Assembly: GCA_048594645.1 (NCBI GenBank) | Contig: JBMDWR010000062.1 | Span: forward strand, 3,952-23,951 | Length of the DNA: 20,000 nt | DNA from: Actinomycetota bacterium | GTDB taxonomy: Bacteria; Actinomycetota; UBA4738; HRBIN12 | Direction of reading: 5' to 3' | Shown: positions 1 through 7,121 of the stretch, piece by piece | How the letters are laid out: every line of letters begins with the position of its first letter | Position numbering within the stretch: the first letter of the stretch is position 1 | The notes under the pieces: model-generated | Told to the model about the DNA's origin: nothing | Seen by the model: only the letters and a program-made list of their open reading frames with translations | The model's database searches: none | Position numbers and translations under genes: made by a program

Positions 1-41
1 TCGCCGAACCGGTTTCGGCACCGACGAAAGGAACCCCCCGG

Positions 42-419
42 ATGCTGATCCTGCTGATCCTGTTCTCCGTCACGCTGGCCGCGATCGCGCAGCTCGGGCT
101 GAAGCACGGGATGAACCTCGTGAACGACGAGCTCGCGCCGGATCGCTTCTCGTTGAACGGTCCCTCGCTCCGAGCGCTCGTCGTGCAGCCGTACGTGTGG
201 GGCGGGCTGCTCCTGTTCGGCCTGTCCGCGCTGGTGTGGCTCGTGGTCCTGTCGAGAGCGTCGCTGTCGTTCGCCTACCCGTTCGCTGCGCTCACGTACG
301 TGCTGATCCTGCTCTTCGACCTGTTCGTGCTCGACGAGACGGTGCCGGCGCTTCGGTGGGCGGGGGTTGCGTTCATCGGCGTGGGCATCTTCCTCGTCTC
401 TCGAACGCCGCACTCCTAG
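42..419 (+). CDS. Small 4-TM membrane protein, DMT/EamA single-domain (ArnE/ArnF-like) transporter
   Basis: 125-aa ORF with four hydrophobic segments. The C-terminal half (SLSFAYPFAALTYVLILLFDLFVLDETVPALRWAGVAFIGVGIFLV) resembles a single EamA/SMR-like domain. AAAGGA lies about 10 nt upstream of the ATG. The ORF ends 31 nt before the sugar nucleotidyltransferase gene. Confidence 0.6.
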   Translation: MLILLILFSVTLAAIAQLGLKHGMNLVNDELAPDRFSLNGPSLRALVVQPYVWGGLLLFGLSALVWLVVLSRASLSFAYPFAALTYVLILLFDLFVLDETVPALRWAGVAFIGVGIFLVSRTPHS

Positions 420-450
420 TGCGTCCCGTCGCGACACGCGTGGCCGTCCG

Positions 451-1476
451 ATGAAGGCCGTCGTGCTCGTCGGCGGCGAGGGGACCCGCCTTCGGCCGCT
501 CACGGAGACGACGCCGAAGCCCCTCGTGCCCCTGATGGACCGACCGAGCCTCGACCACGTGCTCGACCACCTGGCGCGGCACGGCGCGCACGAGGTGGTG
601 CTCTCGAGCTCGTACCTCGAGGACCCGTTCCGGGCGTTCATCGAAGGCCGTCACGGCGACCCCGCGATCGCCTGGATCACCGAGACGCAGCCGCTCGGTA
701 CCGGCGGCGCGATCGTGAACGCGCTGGGCGTGCTCGATACCGACGAGCCGTTCCTCGCGCTGAACGGCGACATCCTCACGGATCTCGACCTCACGGCGAT
801 GGTGGCGCTGCACCGCGAGCGAGGGGCCGTCGCGACGATCGCGCTCACTCACGTCGAGAACGCGCGCCCGTACGGGCTGGTTCCGATGGCCGAGGACGGG
901 CGCGTCTTGGAGTTCCGCGAGAAGCCGTCCGAGCTCGTTTCGGGCGACATCAACGCCGGGACGTACGTGCTCGAGCCGTCCGGTCTCGCGGGATGGGCGG
1001 CCGGTGAGAACGCCTCGATCGAGCGCCAGATCTTCCCCGGCATGATCGAGGCCGGTCTGCCCGTGTACGGCTTCCTGAGCGATGCGTACTGGAGGGACCT
1101 CGGGACCCCCGAGGCGTACCTGCAGGCTCACTTCGACCTCCTCGACGGCAGGGTGCGCGGCCATCCTTCGTACGAGGCTCCGTTCGTCCACCCCGAGGGC
1201 CGCCTCGACGGAGGCGTGAGGGTCGATCGCTACGTCGTGATCGGGCGCGGCGCCGTCGTCGAAGCCTCGGCGACCGTGACGGGCTCGGTGCTGCACGACG
1301 GCGCCGTGATCGAGGGCTCCGCGGTGGTGGAGCGCTCGGTGCTCGGGCCCCGGTCTCGCGTCGGGAGCGGAGCCACCGTGATCGGATCGGTGATCGGCGA
1401 GGGCGCCGAGGTCGGGGGGGGCGCCACCGTGCGCGCGGCACGCGTGGGACCCGGCGAGCGGATCGGGGCGCCGTAA
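451..1476 (+). CDS. manC: NDP-hexose pyrophosphorylase, mannose-1-phosphate guanylyltransferase-like (N-terminal nucleotidyltransferase fold plus C-terminal left-handed beta-helix)
   Basis: Starts MKAVVLVGGEGTRLRPLT (G-x-G-T-R-L signature) at an internal ATG of the 367..1476 ORF. The C-terminus has hexapeptide-like repeats (VIGRGAVVEASATVTGSVLHDGAVIEGSAVVERSVLG...). Its position relative to fbiAB/whiB matches Rv3264c as I recall it. Sugar specificity cannot be proven from sequence alone. Confidence 0.8.
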   Translation: MKAVVLVGGEGTRLRPLTETTPKPLVPLMDRPSLDHVLDHLARHGAHEVVLSSSYLEDPFRAFIEGRHGDPAIAWITETQPLGTGGAIVNALGVLDTDEPFLALNGDILTDLDLTAMVALHRERGAVATIALTHVENARPYGLVPMAEDGRVLEFREKPSELVSGDINAGTYVLEPSGLAGWAAGENASIERQIFPGMIEAGLPVYGFLSDAYWRDLGTPEAYLQAHFDLLDGRVRGHPSYEAPFVHPEGRLDGGVRVDRYVVIGRGAVVEASATVTGSVLHDGAVIEGSAVVERSVLGPRSRVGSGATVIGSVIGEGAEVGGGATVRAARVGPGERIGAP

Positions 1477-1550
1477 CCCTCGGTCCCTCCGAGGCGTTGT
1501 GATAGGTTGCGGGCCGCTCGCGCCGTCGAAGCCCGGAAGCCCTTCGGAAG

Positions 1551-3110
1551 ATGCGTAGAACCCTCCTCTCGATCTCGGTCATCGCCGTGCTCGCGGGCGC
1601 GATCCCCGCCAACGCCGGCGTGGCGACCCCCGACGCGCCGGAGACCGCGCGACAGGGCGAGGCGCGGGGGCCCTCGGTCTTCCGGATGTTCGGAGGTGGA
1701 TGGGGGCACGGGCTCGGTCTTTCGCAATGGGGAACGTACGGCCTCGCGAACGACGGATGGGGCCCCACCAGGATCCTCACGCACTACTACTCCGGCACGC
1801 GGGTCGCGCAGGCCGATCCGCCGCCGAACCTGCGGATCGGTCTCCTCCAGGGACGGGACACGATCAGCGTCGCGGCCGAGATCGGGACGGTCGAACTGCG
1901 CCTGGGAGACCGGACGACCGGCACGGTCGTGGCGACGATCCCTTCCGGCGAGACGTGGAGGGTGATCGCCGAGGGGACCGCCTTCCGCATCGTCGACGCG
2001 GGTGGGGCGACGGTCGACCGCGTCGGCGGGCCCGCGAACCAGCTGTTCGCCGCGTACGAGAAGCTCGGGGCGCACGTCCGCATCCCGCAGGCGTCGCACA
2101 GCTACAACCGCGGATGGATCGAGTTCGACGTGTACTCGTGCGAGGCCGGCGAGTGCGTGATGCGTCTGGTCCTCACGGTCGACCCGCAGGGATATCTCTA
2201 CGGGCTCGGCGAGGTCCCGAGCTCGTGGCCGATGGCGGCGCTCAAGGCGCAGGCGATCGCGGCTCGCACGTACGCGTTCACGAAGGCGGCCGCTTCCCAG
2301 CACCGTCCCGGCTGCGATTGCGCCCTGTATGCCACCTCGTACGACCAGGTTTACGCGGGCTGGGAGAAGGAGGGCGGTCCGGACGGCGATCGATGGGTCT
2401 CGGCCGTCGACCAGACGCAGAACGACGTGGTGCTCGACGGCGGCTCGACGATCCAGGCGTTCTACATGTCGTCCTCGGGCGGCCATACCGAGAACAACGA
2501 GAACGTGTGGGGCGGAACGCCGATCGGCTACCTCCGGGGCGTCTGCGATCCCGGTGACTACACGTCGGCGAACCCCAATGCCACCTGGGTCGAGGCCTTC
2601 TCGTCCGGTGAGGTCACGCGGGGGCTGGACCTGGGGATCGGCACGGTGACCGGCTTCACCGACGTCGTCCGCGGCGTCTCGGGGCGGATCGTGTCCGTGA
2701 CCGTGCAGGGCGCCAACGGCAGCGCGTCGATCAGCGGGAACGCGCTCCGGTCCGCGCTCGGCCTCAACGACGACCGCGTCTGGATCAACGCGAACCGTCT
2801 GGTCGTCGGCGAGATCCGCGAGAAGTACGACGCCAAGGGGTGCTCGCCCGGCCTGCCTACCTCGAAGCAGACGTCGATCGCCGGGGGCCTCCGTCAGAAG
2901 TTCGAGAAGGCGACGATCTTCTCCTCGGACGGGACCGGCGCGCATCTGCTGCGCGGCCCCGTCCTCGAGCATTACCTGTCGAAGGGCGGTCCGGGCGGCA
3001 GCTTCGGCTTCCCGACCTCGGACGTGCGGAGGCTGGAGAACGGCAACGTGCGGGCATCGTTCGAGGGCGGGGTCATCACCTGCACGCGCGCGGGCGCCTG
3101 CTCCAGCTAG
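1551..3110 (+). CDS. Secreted SpoIID/LytB-domain protein with two C-terminal LGFP repeats
   Basis: Signal peptide MRRTLLSISVIAVLAGAIPANA. SpoIID-type core includes AFYMSSSGGHTENNENVWG. The C-terminus has two LGFP-like units (GCSPGLPTSKQTSIAGGLRQKFEKATIF and GGSFGFPTSDVRRLENGNVRASFEGGVI). Confidence 0.8.
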   Translation: MRRTLLSISVIAVLAGAIPANAGVATPDAPETARQGEARGPSVFRMFGGGWGHGLGLSQWGTYGLANDGWGPTRILTHYYSGTRVAQADPPPNLRIGLLQGRDTISVAAEIGTVELRLGDRTTGTVVATIPSGETWRVIAEGTAFRIVDAGGATVDRVGGPANQLFAAYEKLGAHVRIPQASHSYNRGWIEFDVYSCEAGECVMRLVLTVDPQGYLYGLGEVPSSWPMAALKAQAIAARTYAFTKAAASQHRPGCDCALYATSYDQVYAGWEKEGGPDGDRWVSAVDQTQNDVVLDGGSTIQAFYMSSSGGHTENNENVWGGTPIGYLRGVCDPGDYTSANPNATWVEAFSSGEVTRGLDLGIGTVTGFTDVVRGVSGRIVSVTVQGANGSASISGNALRSALGLNDDRVWINANRLVVGEIREKYDAKGCSPGLPTSKQTSIAGGLRQKFEKATIFSSDGTGAHLLRGPVLEHYLSKGGPGGSFGFPTSDVRRLENGNVRASFEGGVITCTRAGACSS

Positions 3111-3122
3111 TCCGGACGAACC

Positions 3123-3842
3123 TCAGCGCTGGAGCAGCGGCCCGAGCAGTCCGCGCGGTGCCTCCGGCGCGATCGTGGTTCCGCGGAAGGCCTCGATGAA
3201 GCTGCGGGTGATCGTGACGGCCTGCTCGGCCGAGACGCTGGACGGACACAGCAACCGCGTGTTCCAGGCGAGGAGCGCCAGCGCTCGGTCCTCGGGGAGG
3301 TCCGGCGACGGCGCCATGATCACCCGGCTCTCTTCGCGTGCCAAAGACTCGAGCGCGTCGACCGTCTCGGCGCCGAGACCAGCGTCGGCCGTGGGGCGGT
3401 AGTACACGACGACGTACGCGTGCTCGAGGTTGTGGACGGCGCGCGTCGCGGAGACCGGCCACCCGTAGACGTGCGGATCCGCCGGAAGCGGCGACGGATC
3501 GTGCGGGCCGGCGGCCGCCGGCGGGTCGGCGTAGTCGAACGGCTCGCCCGGCGCGAGGTGGGTCCGAGCGGGTTCGGTCTCGACGGGCCGCTCGAGCGCG
3601 CCGCATCCGGCCTCCCGCGCGGCGCCGCGGGCTTCGGCGGAGAGGTCGCCAGGCCCGACCGCACGGAAGAACAGGAGCCACCCGAGCGCCAAGAGGGCGG
3701 CGACCGCGACGCCGCGCACGACCAGTGAGGCGCGCGTGGAGCGCGTCGTCGCCATGCGCGTTCTCTCGGAGGCGCTTGGTGGCGGCGCCGTGCGCGTCGC
3801 CGGCCGAGGACCGGCCGGTCGGCGCTTGCGCTTCTTCGCCAA
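3123..3842 (-). CDS. Bitopic membrane protein, divergent DUF3105-like ectodomain
   Basis: 239 aa with a KR-rich N-terminus (MAKKRKRRPAGPRP), one TM (LVVRGVAVAALLALGWLLFF) and an ectodomain carrying AAGPH ... VHNLEHAYVVVYY plus two Cys. It is a paralogue of 4708..5448. The start lies 9 nt after the upstream gene's stop. Confidence 0.7.
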   Translation of the reverse strand: MAKKRKRRPAGPRPATRTAPPPSASERTRMATTRSTRASLVVRGVAVAALLALGWLLFFRAVGPGDLSAEARGAAREAGCGALERPVETEPARTHLAPGEPFDYADPPAAAGPHDPSPLPADPHVYGWPVSATRAVHNLEHAYVVVYYRPTADAGLGAETVDALESLAREESRVIMAPSPDLPEDRALALLAWNTRLLCPSSVSAEQAVTITRSFIEAFRGTTIAPEAPRGLLGPLLQR

Positions 3843-3851
3843 CGCGGTGCG

Positions 3852-4688
3852 CTACTGCGGTACCGAGGAGAAGTCGAACGTCGACGGGATCGGGTCGGGG
3901 AGCTCTTCGGCCGTCCCGTACGTCACGACGACGACGTCCTGGTCGTCCAGCTCGATCGCACGAGGATCGCCCTCGATCTCCTCGCCGTTCACGAAGACCT
4001 GGAGCGTGTTCGTGTCGTCGTTGCAGTACCCGCCGACGCAGCTCGGCGTGAGACGCACGCCCCACACGCCGAAGAGCTCGCCCACCGTGAACGTCCGCGA
4101 GACCGCCGACTCGAGGTGCACCGTGCCGCTCTCCTCGTGCGTGTGGACCGAGAGGAACCCTTCCTCGTCCGACCCGATGTTCACGGGCACCGGCTCCTTC
4201 TCCCCGTGGACGAACACCTGCACGTTGGCGTGCTCGTGCATCGTCGTGCCTTCGGCGGGCAGGCCGAGCAGGTCGGCGCGTTCGCGAGACCGCTCACCGT
4301 TCGCGGGCCAGGGCGCCTCGGCGCGCAGCTCTCCCGGCAGGCGACCGGTCGGCGTCCCGCCGTCATCCGAACCGGTCAGCAGGAAGACGCCGACGCCCAC
4401 GACGACGGCGAGGCCGGCGATCCAGACCAGCTGTCTGGTTCGGCGCGTCCGAGCCATCCGGCGGCGCGCCGCCTCGCGTTCCTGACGCGCGAGCTCCTTC
4501 TTCTCGGATCGCGTTCGATGCGGCGCCGCCTGCGGCCGGGCCGCCGCCCGCGCGGGCTTCGGGTCCTCGACGACGTGGCCGTCGCCGGCCTGGCGCGCCG
4601 AGCGCGGTCGCTCGGCCGTTTTCATGGTGGCGCTCTGTCCGTTTCCGTGGGGGCGGTGCCGGTTCTGCTTGCGCCGCTTCTTGGCCAT
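3852..4688 (-). CDS. Bitopic membrane protein with a His-motif ectodomain (uncharacterised)
   Basis: The internal start MAKKRRKQNRHRP at 4688 avoids overlap with the upstream stop at 4708; the longest ORF reaches 4742. It has a long basic and coiled N-terminal region, one TM (LVWIAGLAVVVGVGVFLL) and an ectodomain with HEHANVQVFVHG, SVHTHEESGTVHLES and FGVWGVRL, plus a Cys pair (SCVGGYC). Confidence 0.65.
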   Translation of the reverse strand: MAKKRRKQNRHRPHGNGQSATMKTAERPRSARQAGDGHVVEDPKPARAAARPQAAPHRTRSEKKELARQEREAARRRMARTRRTRQLVWIAGLAVVVGVGVFLLTGSDDGGTPTGRLPGELRAEAPWPANGERSRERADLLGLPAEGTTMHEHANVQVFVHGEKEPVPVNIGSDEEGFLSVHTHEESGTVHLESAVSRTFTVGELFGVWGVRLTPSCVGGYCNDDTNTLQVFVNGEEIEGDPRAIELDDQDVVVVTYGTAEELPDPIPSTFDFSSVPQ

Positions 4689-4707
4689 CGTCTTCCTCGT
4701 TCGCTCG

Positions 4708-5448
4708 CTAGAACGCGCCGCCTGCTTCGGGCGCCTCGCCACGGTACGGCTGCTCGCCGAACGGCGGCGCGGCGTAGGTGGACGTGAAGCCGAACGCCGC
4801 CGCCAGGTTCACCTCGCCACAGGTCTGGATCTTGTGCCAGGCGACCATCGCCATCTCCGTCCCGGCGGGGAGCGAACCCGCCTCCCCCTCGCCTGGGTAG
4901 TCGTACGGCGCGACGATCACGCGGCCGCCCACCTCCGGGTCCTCGTAGAAGGACCGGATCCGCTCGAGCTCGGGGCCGGACGCGTCCGGCGAGTACCAGA
5001 CGATCGCGGCGCCGTGTTCCAGCGAGTGGATCACGCGGTCGATCGGCGGCGGGGTCGTGTACACCCCTGCGCCGTACGGGATCGCGTTGTGCGGACCGGA
5101 GGCCGGCGGCGTCGACGGGTACGTGGACAGCGGGACCGGAGACGGCGTGTGCCCTCGGTCCTGGTCCTTCGGCTGGTACGAGCCGGCGTCCTCGACCTGA
5201 CCGCAGCCGGCGGCCTGGCGAGCGGCCGGCGCCTGAGCAAGGAGCTCGGCGGGATCGGCCCGGGCCTCCTTCGGCCTGGTCAGCATGAACACGCCCGCGC
5301 CGGCGACCAGCGCGACCGCCACGCCGATCGCGATCCGCCGGTTCCGGCGTGAACGGGCCATCTTGCGCTGGAGCTCGGCACGCTCGCGCCTCGCCTCCTC
5401 CCGACGCTCGTTCTTGGTGAGGCGCTCCTTGGATGTCCGTTCGGCCAT
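4708..5448 (-). CDS. Bitopic membrane protein, DUF3105-like ectodomain
   Basis: 246 aa with a basic/coiled N-terminus (ERLTKNERREEARRERAELQRKMARSRRNRR), one TM (IAIGVAVALVAGAGVFML) and an ectodomain with PPASGPH and VIHSLEHGAAIVWYSP, which I recall as DUF3105 signatures. Two Cys are present. Confidence 0.7.
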   Translation of the reverse strand: MAERTSKERLTKNERREEARRERAELQRKMARSRRNRRIAIGVAVALVAGAGVFMLTRPKEARADPAELLAQAPAARQAAGCGQVEDAGSYQPKDQDRGHTPSPVPLSTYPSTPPASGPHNAIPYGAGVYTTPPPIDRVIHSLEHGAAIVWYSPDASGPELERIRSFYEDPEVGGRVIVAPYDYPGEGEAGSLPAGTEMAMVAWHKIQTCGEVNLAAAFGFTSTYAAPPFGEQPYRGEAPEAGGAF

Positions 5449-5513
5449 GGTGTCCGTTCCGTTCGAGGGGACCGTCCGCCCGCTGGCAGACGGTCCGACA
5501 GGATAGCGGGGTC

Positions 5514-5565
5514 TCGCCGGTTCCGCCGGGCCGGTTCAGCCGGGCCGGTTCAGCCGGCCGTTCGG
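5514..5565. repeat. Short tandem repeat, 14-nt unit GGGCCGGTTCAGCC
   Basis: Two perfect adjacent copies at 5528-5541 and 5542-5555. They are flanked by degenerate copies (tcgccggttccgcc at 5514-5527 and ggccgttcgg at 5556-5565). A separate 9-nt unit GGCCGGTCC is duplicated at 5631-5639 and 5640-5648. Confidence 0.8.
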
Positions 5566-5573
5566 ATCCGTCC

Positions 5574-5602
5574 TTGCGCCGGCCGCGACCCCTTCCTAGG
5601 CT
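5574..5602 (+). promoter_or_regulatory. Candidate sigma-70-type promoter for the purine permease
   Basis: TTGCGC (5574-5579), a 17-nt spacer, then TAGGCT (5597-5602), which fits the actinobacterial TANNNT -10 pattern. This would give a leader of about 55 nt before the GTG at 5663. It is a sequence pattern only. Confidence 0.35.
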
Positions 5603-5662
5603 TCGGCCCTCTTCCCTAGTCGGCGGCGTGGGCCGGTCCGGCCGGTCCGGGAAGGGGGAGCG

Positions 5663-7096
5663 GTGGCGGATACGCAGACCGGCAGGGTGGTCCGGGTCGA
5701 GTCGGCTCCCACCAGCGGCCTCGACCGGTTCTTCAGCATCTCCGAGCGTGGATCGACCGTTCGGACCGAGATCGTCGCGGGTCTCGCGACCTTCCTGACG
5801 ATGGCCTACATCGTCTTCGTCAACCCCGCGATCCTGGGGCAGGTGACGGACGCCGACGGGGTCGCCCTCGCGTTCCCCCAGGTGCTGGCGGTCACGGCGC
5901 TCGCCGCCGGGGTGATGACGCTGGCGATGGGCGTGTACGGGCGGTACCCGTTCGCGATCGCCGCGGGCCTCGGGTTGAACGCCTTCGTGACGTTCACGCT
6001 CGTCGGCCAGCTTGGGCTCACGTGGCCGCAGGCCATGGGCGTGATCGTCGTCGAGGGACTGATCATCACGGCGCTCGTCCTCACAGGGTTCCGCGAGGCC
6101 GTGATGGACGCGATCCCGAGGGACCTGAAGTACGCGATCGGGATCGGCATCGGCCTGTTCATCGCGCTCATCGGGCTGGTGAATGCGGGCATCGTGATCC
6201 AGGGAGAGGGGACGCCCGTCGCGCTCACCAGCGACTTCACGACGCTCCGGATGCTCACGTTCGTGATCGGGCTGGCGGTCACGGCGGGCCTCGTCGCGAG
6301 GAAGATCCGAGGCGCCCTCCTGATCGGGATCGTGGCGACGACCGTGATCGCCACGCTGATCAACTACATCTGGGGGAACGAGCTGATCTGGGAGGCCGTG
6401 CCGGGTGCGGCGCTCTGGCCGGGGTGGGGCAGCGTGTTCGACACGCCAGACCTCTCGCTGGTCGGGAACTTCTCGTTCAGCTTCTTCGACCCGGACGTGC
6501 TGGCGACGGCCACGGCGATCGCGGCGATCCTCGCGGTGATGCTCTCGGACTTCTTCGACACGATGGGGACCGTCGTGGGCATCGCCGGCGAGGCGAACAT
6601 GCTCGACGAGAAGGGGAAGCTGCCGGGCATCAACCGCGTGCTCCTGGTCGACTCGCTCGCGGCGGCCGCCGGAGGTGCCACCTCGTCGTCCTCGAACACG
6701 ACCTACATCGAGAGCGCCGCCGGCGTGTCCGAGGGCGGCAGGACGGGTCTCACGTCGGTCGTCGTCGGCGTGCTGTTCCTGTTGATGATGTTCATCTCGC
6801 CGCTCGCGGGCATGATCCCGCCGGAGGCGACCGCGCCGGTCCTCGTCCTGGTCGGGTACTTCATGATGGTCCAGGTCAAGCAGATCGACTGGGCCGACCC
6901 CGGGATCGGCATCCCGGCGCTGCTCACGATCGGGCTCATGCCGTTCACGTACAACATCACCAACGGCGTGGCCGCCGGTTTCATCGCATACACCGCGATC
7001 GCGATCGTCCGCGGTCGGGCTCGCGAGGTGCACTGGCTGATGTACCTCGTCTCGGCGGTGTTCGTCTGGTACTTCGTGAGGGGTTTGATCGCCTGA
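5663..7096 (+). CDS. NCS2/AzgA-family purine (adenine/guanine/hypoxanthine) permease
   Basis: 477 aa, polytopic. The N-terminal region LDRFFSISERGSTVRTEIVAGLATFLTMAYIVFVNPAILG matches the conserved start of PurP/PbuG-type permeases. GTG start is preceded by GAAGGGGGAG. Confidence 0.85.
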   Translation: MADTQTGRVVRVESAPTSGLDRFFSISERGSTVRTEIVAGLATFLTMAYIVFVNPAILGQVTDADGVALAFPQVLAVTALAAGVMTLAMGVYGRYPFAIAAGLGLNAFVTFTLVGQLGLTWPQAMGVIVVEGLIITALVLTGFREAVMDAIPRDLKYAIGIGIGLFIALIGLVNAGIVIQGEGTPVALTSDFTTLRMLTFVIGLAVTAGLVARKIRGALLIGIVATTVIATLINYIWGNELIWEAVPGAALWPGWGSVFDTPDLSLVGNFSFSFFDPDVLATATAIAAILAVMLSDFFDTMGTVVGIAGEANMLDEKGKLPGINRVLLVDSLAAAAGGATSSSSNTTYIESAAGVSEGGRTGLTSVVVGVLFLLMMFISPLAGMIPPEATAPVLVLVGYFMMVQVKQIDWADPGIGIPALLTIGLMPFTYNITNGVAAGFIAYTAIAIVRGRAREVHWLMYLVSAVFVWYFVRGLIA

Positions 7097-7121
7097 GGCG
7101 ACATCGGGGGCCGGGGGACGG

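Noticed and set aside
367-450. Longer N-terminal extensions offered by the ORF track: 367 for manC, 9456 for fbiA, 4742 for the His-motif gene, 15731 for the repeat protein, 18489 for DUF3499 and 18873 for the zinc ribbon.
   Set aside because: The extensions are R/S/A-rich and overlap upstream genes or lack RBSs. The internal starts coincide with conserved family N-termini (MKAVVLVGGEGTRL, MHVAALAGGIGAGKF), signal peptides or SD motifs. The 18873 GTG remains a possible alternative.
5514-5565. The tandem 14-nt repeats as a CRISPR array or mobile-element terminus.
   Set aside because: The units are directly adjacent with no spacers, far shorter than CRISPR repeats. There are no cas, transposase or integrase genes and no flanking inverted repeats.
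5449-5662. Purine (guanine/adenine) riboswitch upstream of the NCS2 permease.
   Set aside because: I could not find the conserved three-way-junction core or loop-loop sequences of purine riboswitches by eye. The region is dominated by GC-rich direct repeats instead. An Infernal scan would be decisive.
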